Source of the DNA: an uncultured Clostridia bacterium | Lineage (GTDB): Bacteria > Bacillota > Clostridia > Oscillospirales > Acutalibacteraceae | DNA: 64,000 nucleotides | Direction of reading: 5' to 3' | NCBI GenBank assembly: GCA_944384925.1 | Contig: CALWVF010000039.1 | Coordinates: forward strand, 32,087-96,086 | Part shown: positions 17,437 through 28,500 of the stretch, in pieces | Layout: the number at the start of each line of letters is the position of its first letter | How positions within the stretch are numbered: position 1 is the first letter of the stretch | Position numbers and translations under genes: made by a program | Notes under the pieces: model-generated | Database searches by the model: none | Told to the model about the DNA's origin: nothing | The model's input: the letters and a program-made list of their open reading frames with translations, nothing else

Positions 17437-20205
17437 TTAAACTTTTAAATTTTCAATCTTATATTTTTTACCTAGATAATTAATCCTACCATTTTCATCT
17501 TCTATTGGGTATTCTATTGTTCCTCCAGTGTTATAAATTATATTCTCAAATATTTCTTTGCCAAACATTGCAAATAGTATGTCCTTGTTATAATTAACCT
17601 TGTCCTTGTAAAACAAATCAACTAAACAATTTACAATCTTATATGTATTAGAATCCAAGCAAAATAACTTGTTCCTATAAAGTGTATAGATATTAACCAC
17701 ATCATTATTTAAACCGTCATCGTATTTATTCTTTTCATGTGATTTAATAAGTCCTTTTAAAACCCCTCTAAGCTCATCAACTATTGAAGATACCCCCATA
17801 TAAAAAGCTTTATCAAAAGTATTCCCCTCTCTTTTATATAAATCAATAAAATTTATATTTCCTTCTGCCTTTACATTAAATTTAATATCTTTAGATACAT
17901 TTTCCATGTAATGTGACAATACATTCATGGCACTATTATTATCTATAACAGGGCAATGTTTATAATATCTTTTGATAAATTCATCCTGCTCTCTACTTCT
18001 TTTCTCTAAGCACAACACCTCCTTCAAGGTTATTCCCCATCTAGCCTTTGTACTTAACTCATAGTCCTGCCTCCACTTCTTATAATCCTTTCTTACATGA
18101 TTATAAAGATAAATAAAAAAGTATGGATATTTATTGCACAATAAAGAATTGTTTAACGCTTTTCTGCATTTAATCTCTTCACTATCCGTATTTTCAATCT
18201 CATTATACCTATTCCAAATATTAGGGATACCCTTTACAGGTTTGCCTATTTTAGCTTTATCAATTTGAGCAGACTGCATTTTACAAGCCATTCTCATTCT
18301 ATTAAGCAATATGTTATATTCTTTTGTATCACTCGAAAAATTATCCATTAATGTTCTAATTATAGTTGCACAGTTTGTAATTCTTCCTATAATACTCCCA
18401 AATGTAAATTTATCAGCTAATTGTAAATCTCTTTCAGAAAGCACCACCTTATTCGGTTTAGGAGCCTGATATAAAACTGGTAAGTCATCTGAATATGTAC
18501 TTTGAATAATAATTGGTTCACTTGTAGTTGCTAAAATATCGTAGTCAAAGTCACTACCCGCAAACCTTAACGTGTACTCATCATATATATTTGTAATAAT
18601 TCCTGTATAACAATATTTAAACCACTCGTCAAGACTATTATCCTTTTGTAAGTCTACAACCAAATGCTCACTTAAATAAGTAAGCGGTGAACGCATACAA
18701 TCTACTTTTGATACGTTTTTGTTATTCCAATAGCTAGAGTAAAAATGTCCTGATTTTATTAAGCCCTTTACCTCCAATCCACATGCATGTTCCATAAAGG
18801 CAAAGCTATCAGGTACAATGACTTGAAAATTTCCATCAACTAAAATTTTACCCATACAAGCATTGTTAATTTTTGTTTTTATATTTTTGTTTATTTTAGA
18901 CTTTATATATTTGTCATTTAAAAGCTCTTTATTGGCAATTAAACATTTAAGCCAATAGTTTGATGAACCCTTCATAAAATTTTTTAATTTGTCTTCCGTT
19001 AAGCTTGTACCCATTAAAAATAATATTGTATACCAATAATTATCATAAGAGACCCCTTTTAGATATTCTACTGTCTTTAAGCAAAGACTTTTTACTTTAT
19101 TACTGTCTAAATTAAGGGTCTGGATAAATTGATAATTTAATTTAAGGATATCCTTATCCTGCTTTGGTGTAAAAAGAGATACTCCCCAATCAAGCTTATT
19201 CTTTTTACAATTAGCCTTATACTCTTCCAAACTGCCATATGTATTCCAAAGTTTAAATTGACTTTCTGTAAGGATTATATCTATGTCCCTTAAATCAGCC
19301 TTTTTAGTAGTTCCATTCTCATCCTTATAAATCGTTTCAATCTCATAATTATCATTGTTGTAAATCTTACAAAACCTTTGTATGTCAAACACGCTTACCA
19401 TGCCTTTAATCCATGGCGCTCTTATGCACCACTGTGCTGGAATATAATCAAGTTCTAATTCATCCGCCCATTCCTTTGCCTTATGAGGAGTTATAAGTCC
19501 GTTGCCATCAAATAGGTTAAATTCAACAGGGACAGTTTTTCTTTCAATAATATCATCTTCGTCCTTACTGTTTGTCTCCGTAACCCACCACACATCAACG
19601 TCCTTTGTTCTATAGCAGTCTGGAATCACGCAAAAGCGAGGTGCTGTGACCACTTTTGTAGCCGAGCTTGATATACCTAAATATGCATTATATTTAGACG
19701 GTGTAATCGGTATGTCTCTATTCCTTCCATTGTCTAGTCTATTTAACAATTGTTCAGCTATACGTTCTTCAACAAACACAACTCTTGAAGTTCTACCCTG
19801 TGCAGCTGAACACGATACCCTGATATATTTTTTATTATTAACGTATAATCCATTTTGAAAGATATAATCGTAATCTTTATTTGATTCCATAGTAATTACA
19901 GCGTATTCTTCTATAAGCATTGTATCATAGATGTACCTCTGCAAATACTTTACTTTATTCAAATTTTCCTTATTTTTAGCTTGTCTCTTAATTTTGTCTC
20001 TCTGATTATAGTATACTTCTATAGATTGCTTATCATGCTTTTGACCTTTAATGTCCCTTATTAGTCTTAGCATTTGATTATCTGAAAGTGAAATAATCTT
20101 TTTATATTTTAATGCCTCCTCAAAGGAAATGTTTATTTTAAAATTATATTCTTTTAGCCATGAAGAATTAAATTTGTAAACATAAAACTGCCTATTTACT
20201 TGCAT
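17437..20205 (-). CDS. YonO/QDE-1-like single-subunit two-barrel RNA polymerase (putative phage late-gene RNAP)
   Basis: 922 aa. CMRSPLTYLSEH followed 45 aa later by FAGSDFDYDILAT. This parallels the RNPCLHPGD...GSDLDGD catalytic-loop arrangement of cellular RdRP/YonO-type polymerases. The gene heads the late operon. Confidence 0.6.
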   Translation of the reverse strand: MQVNRQFYVYKFNSSWLKEYNFKINISFEEALKYKKIISLSDNQMLRLIRDIKGQKHDKQSIEVYYNQRDKIKRQAKNKENLNKVKYLQRYIYDTMLIEEYAVITMESNKDYDYIFQNGLYVNNKKYIRVSCSAAQGRTSRVVFVEERIAEQLLNRLDNGRNRDIPITPSKYNAYLGISSSATKVVTAPRFCVIPDCYRTKDVDVWWVTETNSKDEDDIIERKTVPVEFNLFDGNGLITPHKAKEWADELELDYIPAQWCIRAPWIKGMVSVFDIQRFCKIYNNDNYEIETIYKDENGTTKKADLRDIDIILTESQFKLWNTYGSLEEYKANCKKNKLDWGVSLFTPKQDKDILKLNYQFIQTLNLDSNKVKSLCLKTVEYLKGVSYDNYWYTILFLMGTSLTEDKLKNFMKGSSNYWLKCLIANKELLNDKYIKSKINKNIKTKINNACMGKILVDGNFQVIVPDSFAFMEHACGLEVKGLIKSGHFYSSYWNNKNVSKVDCMRSPLTYLSEHLVVDLQKDNSLDEWFKYCYTGIITNIYDEYTLRFAGSDFDYDILATTSEPIIIQSTYSDDLPVLYQAPKPNKVVLSERDLQLADKFTFGSIIGRITNCATIIRTLMDNFSSDTKEYNILLNRMRMACKMQSAQIDKAKIGKPVKGIPNIWNRYNEIENTDSEEIKCRKALNNSLLCNKYPYFFIYLYNHVRKDYKKWRQDYELSTKARWGITLKEVLCLEKRSREQDEFIKRYYKHCPVIDNNSAMNVLSHYMENVSKDIKFNVKAEGNINFIDLYKREGNTFDKAFYMGVSSIVDELRGVLKGLIKSHEKNKYDDGLNNDVVNIYTLYRNKLFCLDSNTYKIVNCLVDLFYKDKVNYNKDILFAMFGKEIFENIIYNTGGTIEYPIEDENGRINYLGKKYKIENLKV

Positions 20206-20250
20206 AAAGTACAGCCCCCATAGTTTATATCAGTCATTTGATATCATTTA

Positions 20251-20280
20251 GATTATTACACTGTGTTATATATATCGAAA
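20251..20280 (-). promoter_or_regulatory. Conserved promoter-like motif upstream of the RNAP gene
   Basis: Minus strand reads TTTCGATATATATAACACAGTGTAATAATC, about 45 nt upstream of start 20205. Near-identical motifs occur at 37085-37113 and 38439-38465. Confidence 0.5.
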
Positions 20281-20336
20281 TGTGCAAAAAATAAATTCCA
20301 AAGCTATATATGTAATTATACATAATACAGTTACTA

Positions 20337-21323
20337 TTATTTTGCAGATTCTTGACAGTTACTAACTTTATTATTTTTAGATATATCTAGCAAGTAATTT
20401 GACAACTCTTTTTGTTCAGCTAAATAATTTGGAGGTAATGTAAAGTTATTTGTTTCTTTTAAAAGATTCTTTTCCGCTTGTAAATCAAAAAAACTTATCA
20501 ATCTTTTATTTAATTCAATGCGGTTTTCTTGATACATATTCACTGAATACTTATCACTGTTCACCCGGTTATCCCCATTTACTTTTATACAATAGGAGCG
20601 GTAAAAGTAGTCCCAATCATACTTACTATTAATTAACATATTTACCTTTTTATAATATTGCCTAGATTTAAATACAGAAAACACATCCGCTAAATTCTGA
20701 AAGTCCATATCTTCTAATACTTCACTTTCAATATCAATTATTTTATTTACATCACAAATGTCCGCTTTATATGTTCGATTTGCTTTGATTATCATATAAC
20801 ACTTCTCAAATGATATAATTCCTTTCTTTTGCATGGTTAATAATGCATTTTCAATAACCTTAATAAACTTAGATTTAGTACGACTCAAAAAGTTATTAAT
20901 GCTATATTTATCATAACCCATGCTTTTTAATTCTCTTAAAAGCTTTACATCCATATACCTTTGATTAGCCATTCCGCAAAGTATTATAGTTTGATTTAAG
21001 GTAAGATTTAATTCAAGCTCTTCATTGGTTTCTACATTGTCCTTACAAATAATAGATTCGATATGGTCTAAAAAAATATCCGTTATAAGCTTTTGATAAA
21101 GACTTCTTCCATTATTTATTCTGCCGTCATATTTATTAAGCGGAGGATTATTTATTTTAGTTATTTTTATTCTTTGCCCATTTTTAACATATGCAAAATA
21201 TCTTAGCCATTCTTTAATCTGCGCTTTTTTAGAGTTCGATGTTAATATGGGTTGGTTTAAGTAATTGCATAACTCTTTATAATTCTTAAAAACTTGTCCA
21301 ATCTTCAAATTATTTAAGTTCAT
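20337..21323 (-). CDS. Hypothetical protein
   Basis: 328-aa ORF, divergent from the 21514 operon. No motif recognised. Confidence 0.4.
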   Translation of the reverse strand: MNLNNLKIGQVFKNYKELCNYLNQPILTSNSKKAQIKEWLRYFAYVKNGQRIKITKINNPPLNKYDGRINNGRSLYQKLITDIFLDHIESIICKDNVETNEELELNLTLNQTIILCGMANQRYMDVKLLRELKSMGYDKYSINNFLSRTKSKFIKVIENALLTMQKKGIISFEKCYMIIKANRTYKADICDVNKIIDIESEVLEDMDFQNLADVFSVFKSRQYYKKVNMLINSKYDWDYFYRSYCIKVNGDNRVNSDKYSVNMYQENRIELNKRLISFFDLQAEKNLLKETNNFTLPPNYLAEQKELSNYLLDISKNNKVSNCQESAK

Positions 21324-21513
21324 TTAACCGCTCTCCATATAACCTTATTTAGCATTCATAAATTTATTCCTTCAGGTCTATACCAGACATAATAATATAA
21401 TAATACATATAAACTTTTGTGAAAATCTTTCCTCTTTTGCTCTCTATAGTGCAATATTACACCATTTTTAGAGGTATAGTGATATTAATTATATTTAATA
21501 GGGAGGCAACTCT

Positions 21514-23148
21514 GTGGTGGCATATTTAAATAATTCTGTACACTGGTGTAATAACTGTAAAATACCTATTATTCAGCCTAATATTAAACACTTTAAAAAA
21601 TGTCCTTTATGTGGAGAATATACTAAATATTTAAGTAAGGATTTACGTCCTGTTTTTCCAGAGGAGCGCTTACTGCTTGAATTAATTACTAAAGTAAAAC
21701 CTAATGCATATTCTACTTGTTCCGTTTGGTGTAATGCATCAACATACTATATAAACGGTGAAGCATGTAAACTAAATAACAATATTTTTAAAAATGTAGA
21801 CATAGAAAGAGTGAGAAGTTCTTTTTACAAATATAATAAATCAAACATATATAAATATTTTGACGAATACATGGAGAAGTTTACTATAGCAAATCTAGAA
21901 CATCTAAACTATATAAAATACTTAGCTACTAAGTTTATAATTGATGTATCAAATACATACCCAGACATGTATAAATATATATCATTCTCTGGTGGGAAAG
22001 ACTCAACTGTTGTTGCCGACTTAGTTATAAAAGCTTTAGGTAATACATCTATTCCATATATTTTTTGTGATACTACTCTTGAATATCCCTACACATTAGA
22101 CTACATAAAAAGACTTAAAGAAAACCCAAATATGTTAATAAAGATTGCTAGAAACAAAGAACATGATTTTTACAGTATGTGTGACGATATAGGAGTTCCC
22201 ACAAGAATGAAAAGATGGTGTTGCACTATATTCAAGACAGGAGCAATAAGTAAGCTCCTTAAAGTGCTCTTTGATGACAAAAGGTTAATATATTTTAATG
22301 GTCTTAGAAATTCAGAGTCTAATATACGAAGCAAATATGAAAGCATTAGTTCATCAAGTGAACAAAAAATACAAAACCAAATATCTGTATCTCCAATAAT
22401 AAAATGGAAGGACTATGATGTTTGGCTTTATATTATGAGTGAAAAAATAGACTTTAATTATGCCTACAGATTAGGATTCCCAAGAGTAGGCTGTTTTTGT
22501 TGCCCAAATGGTAGCACTAGAAATGAAATTCTTGCAAAAATATTTTTGCAAGATAAGACAGAAAGATGGTACAAATATTTACTAAACTTTGCGAATAAAT
22601 TAGGGGCTGATAATCCTTATAAATACGTAAATGATGGTCTGTGGAAGTCAAAGCAGGGTGGTAATGGTATAAAATCATACGATGAAGTGTCTATATCGAA
22701 TAAAGTTTGTACAATAGATGAAAACGCTGTCTCTTATAGCATTGGCAAAGATATTACAAATGAATTTTATACACTGTTTATCCCATTTGGAGATGTCAGA
22801 AGAGATTTAGGTAAAAAGCTATTAGATGAAACTTTTGTATTGAAAAATGGAACTCCTATTATTTCTATCCAAATAAAGCCCAATAATATAGTCAAAGTTA
22901 AAACCATGAATGTTAAAGACCATAAATCCCTTCAAAAACAGATAGCATACCAAATAACAAAATACAAGTTATGTCGAAGGTGTTATAAGTGTGAGGCTGT
23001 TTGTCCGAAGAAAGCTATAAGTATAGAAAATAATGAGTACATTATAGATAAAAGCAAATGTATCCACTGTATGTCATGCACAAAGAACGAATACATACAT
23101 AGTGGTTGTTTAATGAAAAAATATTTAAGGGTGAGTGAAGAAAAATGA
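21514..23148 (+). CDS. DndC-like PP-loop ATP pyrophosphatase (PAPS-reductase family) with N-terminal zinc ribbon and C-terminal 2x[4Fe-4S] ferredoxin domain
   Basis: GTG start after GGGAGG. CNNC-x15-CPLC. ISFSGGKDSTVV (PP-loop). MKRWCCTIFK and PRVGCFCCPNGS cysteine motifs. CRRCYKCEAVCP and CIHCMSC...GC ferredoxin motifs. Confidence 0.7.
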   Translation: MVAYLNNSVHWCNNCKIPIIQPNIKHFKKCPLCGEYTKYLSKDLRPVFPEERLLLELITKVKPNAYSTCSVWCNASTYYINGEACKLNNNIFKNVDIERVRSSFYKYNKSNIYKYFDEYMEKFTIANLEHLNYIKYLATKFIIDVSNTYPDMYKYISFSGGKDSTVVADLVIKALGNTSIPYIFCDTTLEYPYTLDYIKRLKENPNMLIKIARNKEHDFYSMCDDIGVPTRMKRWCCTIFKTGAISKLLKVLFDDKRLIYFNGLRNSESNIRSKYESISSSSEQKIQNQISVSPIIKWKDYDVWLYIMSEKIDFNYAYRLGFPRVGCFCCPNGSTRNEILAKIFLQDKTERWYKYLLNFANKLGADNPYKYVNDGLWKSKQGGNGIKSYDEVSISNKVCTIDENAVSYSIGKDITNEFYTLFIPFGDVRRDLGKKLLDETFVLKNGTPIISIQIKPNNIVKVKTMNVKDHKSLQKQIAYQITKYKLCRRCYKCEAVCPKKAISIENNEYIIDKSKCIHCMSCTKNEYIHSGCLMKKYLRVSEEK

Positions 23149-24338
23149 TTATAAATAAATCTATAAACAAAGACAACATAAGCCAGAAAACAAAAATAAA
23201 TAGGAAACAAGCAATAGAAATTATCCTTTCAGGTGGGAATCCATCAAACAAAGCGGTACATAACATTATTAGTAGCGTTTCACAACAAGACTTAGATTTT
23301 ATTTGTATACAGCATAAAATCCTACGTCCTTATATTAATTTCGGGGAAATATACAAATCATGTGAAAATTATGGTAAGGGATTTATCCCTGTTCTTATAT
23401 CTATGATTATAAAAAATAATATAGATTATATTGTTATTGAAAAGGACGGAGAAGAAGTGGATTTAAATTCCAGTATTTTTGAAGATATTGAACTTAATCC
23501 CTCACTCTATACATTAAAATTTATAAGCAATCATAGTCAATATGATTTATATAAAAATATATTTTCAAGGAATGATGATGGACTAAATATATTTTCTAAC
23601 ATAGTTTACGCCATGCAAGCATGGTTTTTTAATTTAAGTAAATATACAATAATCATATCTAAAAGCTATATGGGTCAAGGCAAATTTAATCCTATCAAAA
23701 AAGAAATTACTGAATTTAAATCTTCCTTAAAAGTTCTACAAAATAACCCTTACTATTACATTAGCGAGATTCTCCCACAAATATTTGAAATTGACACGTA
23801 TGCTCAATTAAAAGGTGCAAAAGAATATATTGATTCAACATTGGAAAGTTTAAGAAGTACCCTAGTTACAGACATTTACCACTTATTCCCCACAGGTTTA
23901 AAATCATGGTGTAAAAATCTACCAGAAGTAACTAAACAGAAAATTTTTGAAAATGGTGAAGAATATTTTTTATCTTTATGTAAATCAGATATTTTAAATA
24001 ATGAATTATTAGATAATATAGTAAATTATATTATAGGAATACCAATAGAAAATTGGAATGAGGATACCCCTTTAATATTTTATAATCGTCTTACGGAAAT
24101 CAAAAGTGTTATTGAAAACTCTACAATACAAAATGAAAAAAGCAAGTTTTTAATAAGGTATACACATGATGGTGAAGCAGAAATCTGCAAAGTATTAAAT
24201 ATGCATGATAATTTAGACAAACAAATAAAAGATATGTTTATAAATGATTTTAAAAAGTTATTTAATGATTATGGTAACAGCATATCCCACTCTGATAAAG
24301 TAGGACTAGCATTAAAAATAGCTATGGGGGTAGATTAA
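23145..24338 (+). CDS. Hypothetical protein (operon member, no recognisable domain)
   Basis: 397 aa. ATGA overlap with the upstream gene. No motif recognised. Confidence 0.5.
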   Translation: MIINKSINKDNISQKTKINRKQAIEIILSGGNPSNKAVHNIISSVSQQDLDFICIQHKILRPYINFGEIYKSCENYGKGFIPVLISMIIKNNIDYIVIEKDGEEVDLNSSIFEDIELNPSLYTLKFISNHSQYDLYKNIFSRNDDGLNIFSNIVYAMQAWFFNLSKYTIIISKSYMGQGKFNPIKKEITEFKSSLKVLQNNPYYYISEILPQIFEIDTYAQLKGAKEYIDSTLESLRSTLVTDIYHLFPTGLKSWCKNLPEVTKQKIFENGEEYFLSLCKSDILNNELLDNIVNYIIGIPIENWNEDTPLIFYNRLTEIKSVIENSTIQNEKSKFLIRYTHDGEAEICKVLNMHDNLDKQIKDMFINDFKKLFNDYGNSISHSDKVGLALKIAMGVD

Positions 24339-24342
24339 TAAA

Positions 24343-25476
24343 ATGATTTATTTAGATAATGCTGCAACAACATATCCAAAACCAATGTGTGTTTATGATG
24401 ATGCGGATAAATTTTATAGAGAATTTGGGGTATACCCTGGTCGTGGAAACCATTACATGTCTATGAAAGTAGATAACTTGATTAATGAGACAAGACAAAA
24501 AATATTAAATCTATTTAATGCTCCAATTAATTACAAAGCTGTATTTACTCCATCCGCTACTTTTTCGGCTAATTACATATTAAATGGTTTAAGTATAAAA
24601 GATAATGCAAACATCTATATTTCTCATTTTGAGCATAACTCTATTTTAAGACTGCTAAATAATCTAAAAAAGAGAACAAATATTAATCTATCATTTTTAG
24701 ATGCAAATCGTCAAACTTTGATGTATAATATAAATGAAATTAAAAATCAATTTATAGAATTTAATCCAGATATCGTTATTCTTAACCACGCAAGTAATGT
24801 TTTTGGCAATGTTGCCCCTGCTCTTGAAATATTCAGCCTAGCAAAAAAATATGGTGCTACTACAATACTAGATTGTTCCCAAACATCAGGACTTATAGAA
24901 GTTAATTTAAAACAAATAAAGTCTGATTTTACAATATTCGCAGGTCATAAAACATTGTATTCACCTTTTGGTATCGCTGGTTTTATTATGAATAATGCAA
25001 AGAATATTAAACCATTAATATTTGGTGGGACAGGCTCAAACTCTGCGAGCGCTAACATGCCAAAAACATATCCTGAAAGATTAGAAGCTGGGAGTATAGA
25101 TGTTTATGCGGTTGCTGGGTTATATTCATCTTTGGACTGGATAAATAGAATTGGTATTAATAATATATTAGAAAAAGAATTGTCCCTACATAAAATTGCA
25201 ATAGAACGACTTTCTAAACTAAAAAACGTAAAAATATATGTGCCATTATGCGAACATATAGGGATTATTTCTTTTAATATAAAAGGCTATAATACTGATG
25301 AAGTTGCCTTAATATTAAACAATAATAATATTGCTGTAAGATCTGGATTACACTGTGCTCCTGATGCACATAAATTTGTCGGTACTTTTCCTAATGGAAC
25401 AGTACGAGCATCCTTTAGTTATTTTAATGATGTTGAAGATATTAATATGTTGTTATCTATTTTAAAAAATATATAA
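24343..25476 (+). CDS. Cysteine desulfurase (class V PLP aminotransferase fold, SufS/CsdA-like)
   Basis: 377 aa. YLDNAATTYP N-terminus, FAGHKTLYSPFG (PLP lysine), VRSGLHCAPDAH (catalytic Cys). Confidence 0.8.
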   Translation: MIYLDNAATTYPKPMCVYDDADKFYREFGVYPGRGNHYMSMKVDNLINETRQKILNLFNAPINYKAVFTPSATFSANYILNGLSIKDNANIYISHFEHNSILRLLNNLKKRTNINLSFLDANRQTLMYNINEIKNQFIEFNPDIVILNHASNVFGNVAPALEIFSLAKKYGATTILDCSQTSGLIEVNLKQIKSDFTIFAGHKTLYSPFGIAGFIMNNAKNIKPLIFGGTGSNSASANMPKTYPERLEAGSIDVYAVAGLYSSLDWINRIGINNILEKELSLHKIAIERLSKLKNVKIYVPLCEHIGIISFNIKGYNTDEVALILNNNNIAVRSGLHCAPDAHKFVGTFPNGTVRASFSYFNDVEDINMLLSILKNI

Positions 25477-25502
25477 GAATAAATTATATTGGGGGTAACA
25501 AG

Positions 25503-28500
25503 GTGAAGATTATTGAATCAAATGATATATTTGGAAAAAAAACATCTTCTCTTTTAAAAGAACAACTAGAAGCCTCAAAAAATTTCATTTATATCTCTGT
25601 AGTAAGCAATATATATAACGAAAGATGCAAAACTAATCCATTTTTTAAAAGCTTAGAAATCAACTGTAATACTTTTAAATCTAAAAACGATTTTGAGTCA
25701 TTTATAACAAAACAAGTAAGAAAGCAAAAAAGCTATCTTCCTTTAGTAGACATGTACTTTATTCTAAAAAGATTAATAGATTCCTATTTTAATGAAAATG
25801 AGTCCAAACACACCTTATTTAAAACTTTATATTACAAGTTATTTGAATTATATAAATTTCTTATTTTTCATGATATAGAAAAGATTGATAACGAGACATT
25901 GCAATACATAAAAAAGAAATACTCCGATAGTTATTTTACTATATTTGATATTTATAATAAATATATAGATATAGTCAATCAGATTATTAATTATGTAAAT
26001 TCATGCGAACAAAATCAAATACATTATAAAATTCAAAAATTAAATGTAAGTCTATTTATAAAAAAATCTGAAGCTATACCTTTTAATACCTTTATTTCAA
26101 GGCAAAAAGAAGAAATAAATAACATTTTAAAAAATATTGACACACTATACTTAGATGGTTTTATTGCTTTCAATGATTTTGATAAATATATAATTTCTAC
26201 TGCTCAAAAGCTTAATAAAGAAATTGTATTTATTACTAAGAACCTACATGATGACATTAATTATGAATTTTTATTAAATAATGTTTATGGCTATGGAATA
26301 AATCAAAACATTGAAAATATTATTCTCTCTGAAAATGAAAATGGTACTACTAACAGTATAGATTATGTCAGAAATAATATTTATACACATAACATAAACA
26401 TTTCTCGTGATAAATCAGATTTAATAGATGACGGTGGAATAAACTTTATCTACCCCTTTCTTAATAGAAATGAAGAAATAAAATATATTGTTAATTCTAT
26501 TAGTGAAATAATACAGAAAGAAATTAAAAGTGGAAATGTAGAGCATATTACTGATTTAATAGAAAATGATATTTTAATTGTATCCGCAGTAAATAAAGAT
26601 TTAATGGCTAAACATTTTGATAATCAATTTACAAAAGTAGGATTATTTGTTTTTGATAAAATTCCTGAAGGATTATTTGAAAAGGAAATCGACATTAACA
26701 CATTTAAAAATATTTACTATAACATAAAGGATTTCCTTTCCGATAACGTGTCATACAAAGATGGTACTGCTCTAAATAATCAAGAAAAATTAGTACTATT
26801 TTATAAAGCATTTTTTAGAATAAAAGTACCCACAAGGCTAGATTCATTATTCTCATCTCCTATCTTAGATTTCATATTTCAATTATATAGTATCTCTAAT
26901 GAGGGCATAACCATAGAAAAATTTAAAGCTATTCTTTTTTCAAACTGGTACTATCATGTGGGTATAGATAATATAAAATGGGACACATTCCTGGGTGCAT
27001 TTTGCCAAATAGAGCTATACTTTGAAAATAAAGCATCCCTAAAAGAATGGATAGATGAGATAGTAAGAATAATAAAGCTAAGTGAAAATATAAAAGATGA
27101 TGATAAATATAAATTCCATCCTTTTAATTCTGTATCGCATTATGATTTAAAACAATTACTTAGTATCATGAGAGAGTTAGACTCTCTCTGTGTAATGTTA
27201 TCCTCTGCACCATCGGATTTAAATTCACACATTTCTCTACTCAAAGATAAAATTATCTATTCAAATAGGATGTTTGAATTAGAAGATGATAAACTGACGG
27301 ACTCTCAAAAGATAATAAAAGAGTTTTGCAATATACTTAATAATTTCACCTCTGATTCTTCCGTACAGAACCTTGATTCTGATTTCTTTATAAAACATTT
27401 AAAGAATATATTATCATCCATAGAAGTCGAAGAAGAAAGTAATAAACATAATTTTAATCTACAAATTCAAAATATGCTAAATCTTAAACATTATAAGTAT
27501 GTGTTTTTCATGGGGTTGGAAAATGAAGAATATCCTAGAAAGCATGAAAATATATTTCCATTTAATCAAGACATTATTGATATTATTAGGCTTCTTAAAA
27601 TCAATTCTTATAATATAGACATATATGACCATAATCTTTTGATGGAAAATTTCTTTTTCAAAAATGTACTAGATTTTACTGAAAAACATATTTGGTTTAC
27701 TTGTTCACAATATGAGGGCAAACGTAAAAATCATTTTTCTATATATGCTGAAGAAATTTCTACTTCATTCAATCATGAGCTAAGCTTTACTCCTCCGTAC
27801 ATAGATAAAGAGAATCACAACAGTACTAATATCACAAAATCCAAGACTATTAAAGCTATTGATAAAAAAGTATACCCATTGAAAGAATTGGTTACTTTCC
27901 CCCTTTGTCCAAAGCTATATTATCACTTGTACGTAAACCCTATACCATTATACTATAAAAGTAAAATACATCTTAAAATGTATGCTGAAGCTGTTATGTA
28001 TGCAGACCTAATGGAAAGATTTATGACGTATAATCTTTTAAATAAGAAATGGTACACATCCAATAGTGATGAATCCTTTAAAATACTTGATGATTTATCC
28101 GAAATAAGTATTAATGAAATTAAAAAATACTTTGGTTTTTTGCGAATACCTGACTTTGACCAAATAAAAAAAAGAGTACCTTTTAGAATTAAAAGAATTA
28201 TAGAAGATTACATAATTAAAAATCTTAAATATCATACTTATACCATTGTTAAATCTAACGGCAAAGTATATCCTTGTGGTGGATTCGATGTAAAACTTGA
28301 ATACGATACAGCTATATTCAGCAACGAAAAGGGTAGTAGAAAAATTGACCAAAATAAAATTTTCTTAGACTTTCTTACTTTAAAATGTACTGCCAGAGAA
28401 GTTAAAGAAAAACATTACAAAGACATGTTAAACCTGTTAAATAGTAAAAATAGATATCTTGATAGAATATTTTATGCTAATAGAATGATAAGCAAAATAA

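Noticed and set aside
22983-23266. Two overlapping minus-strand ORFs (74-75 aa) at the gene 1/gene 2 junction of the sulfur operon
   Set aside because: They are antisense to two coupled, motif-bearing genes, are hydrophobic and low-complexity, and have no SD.
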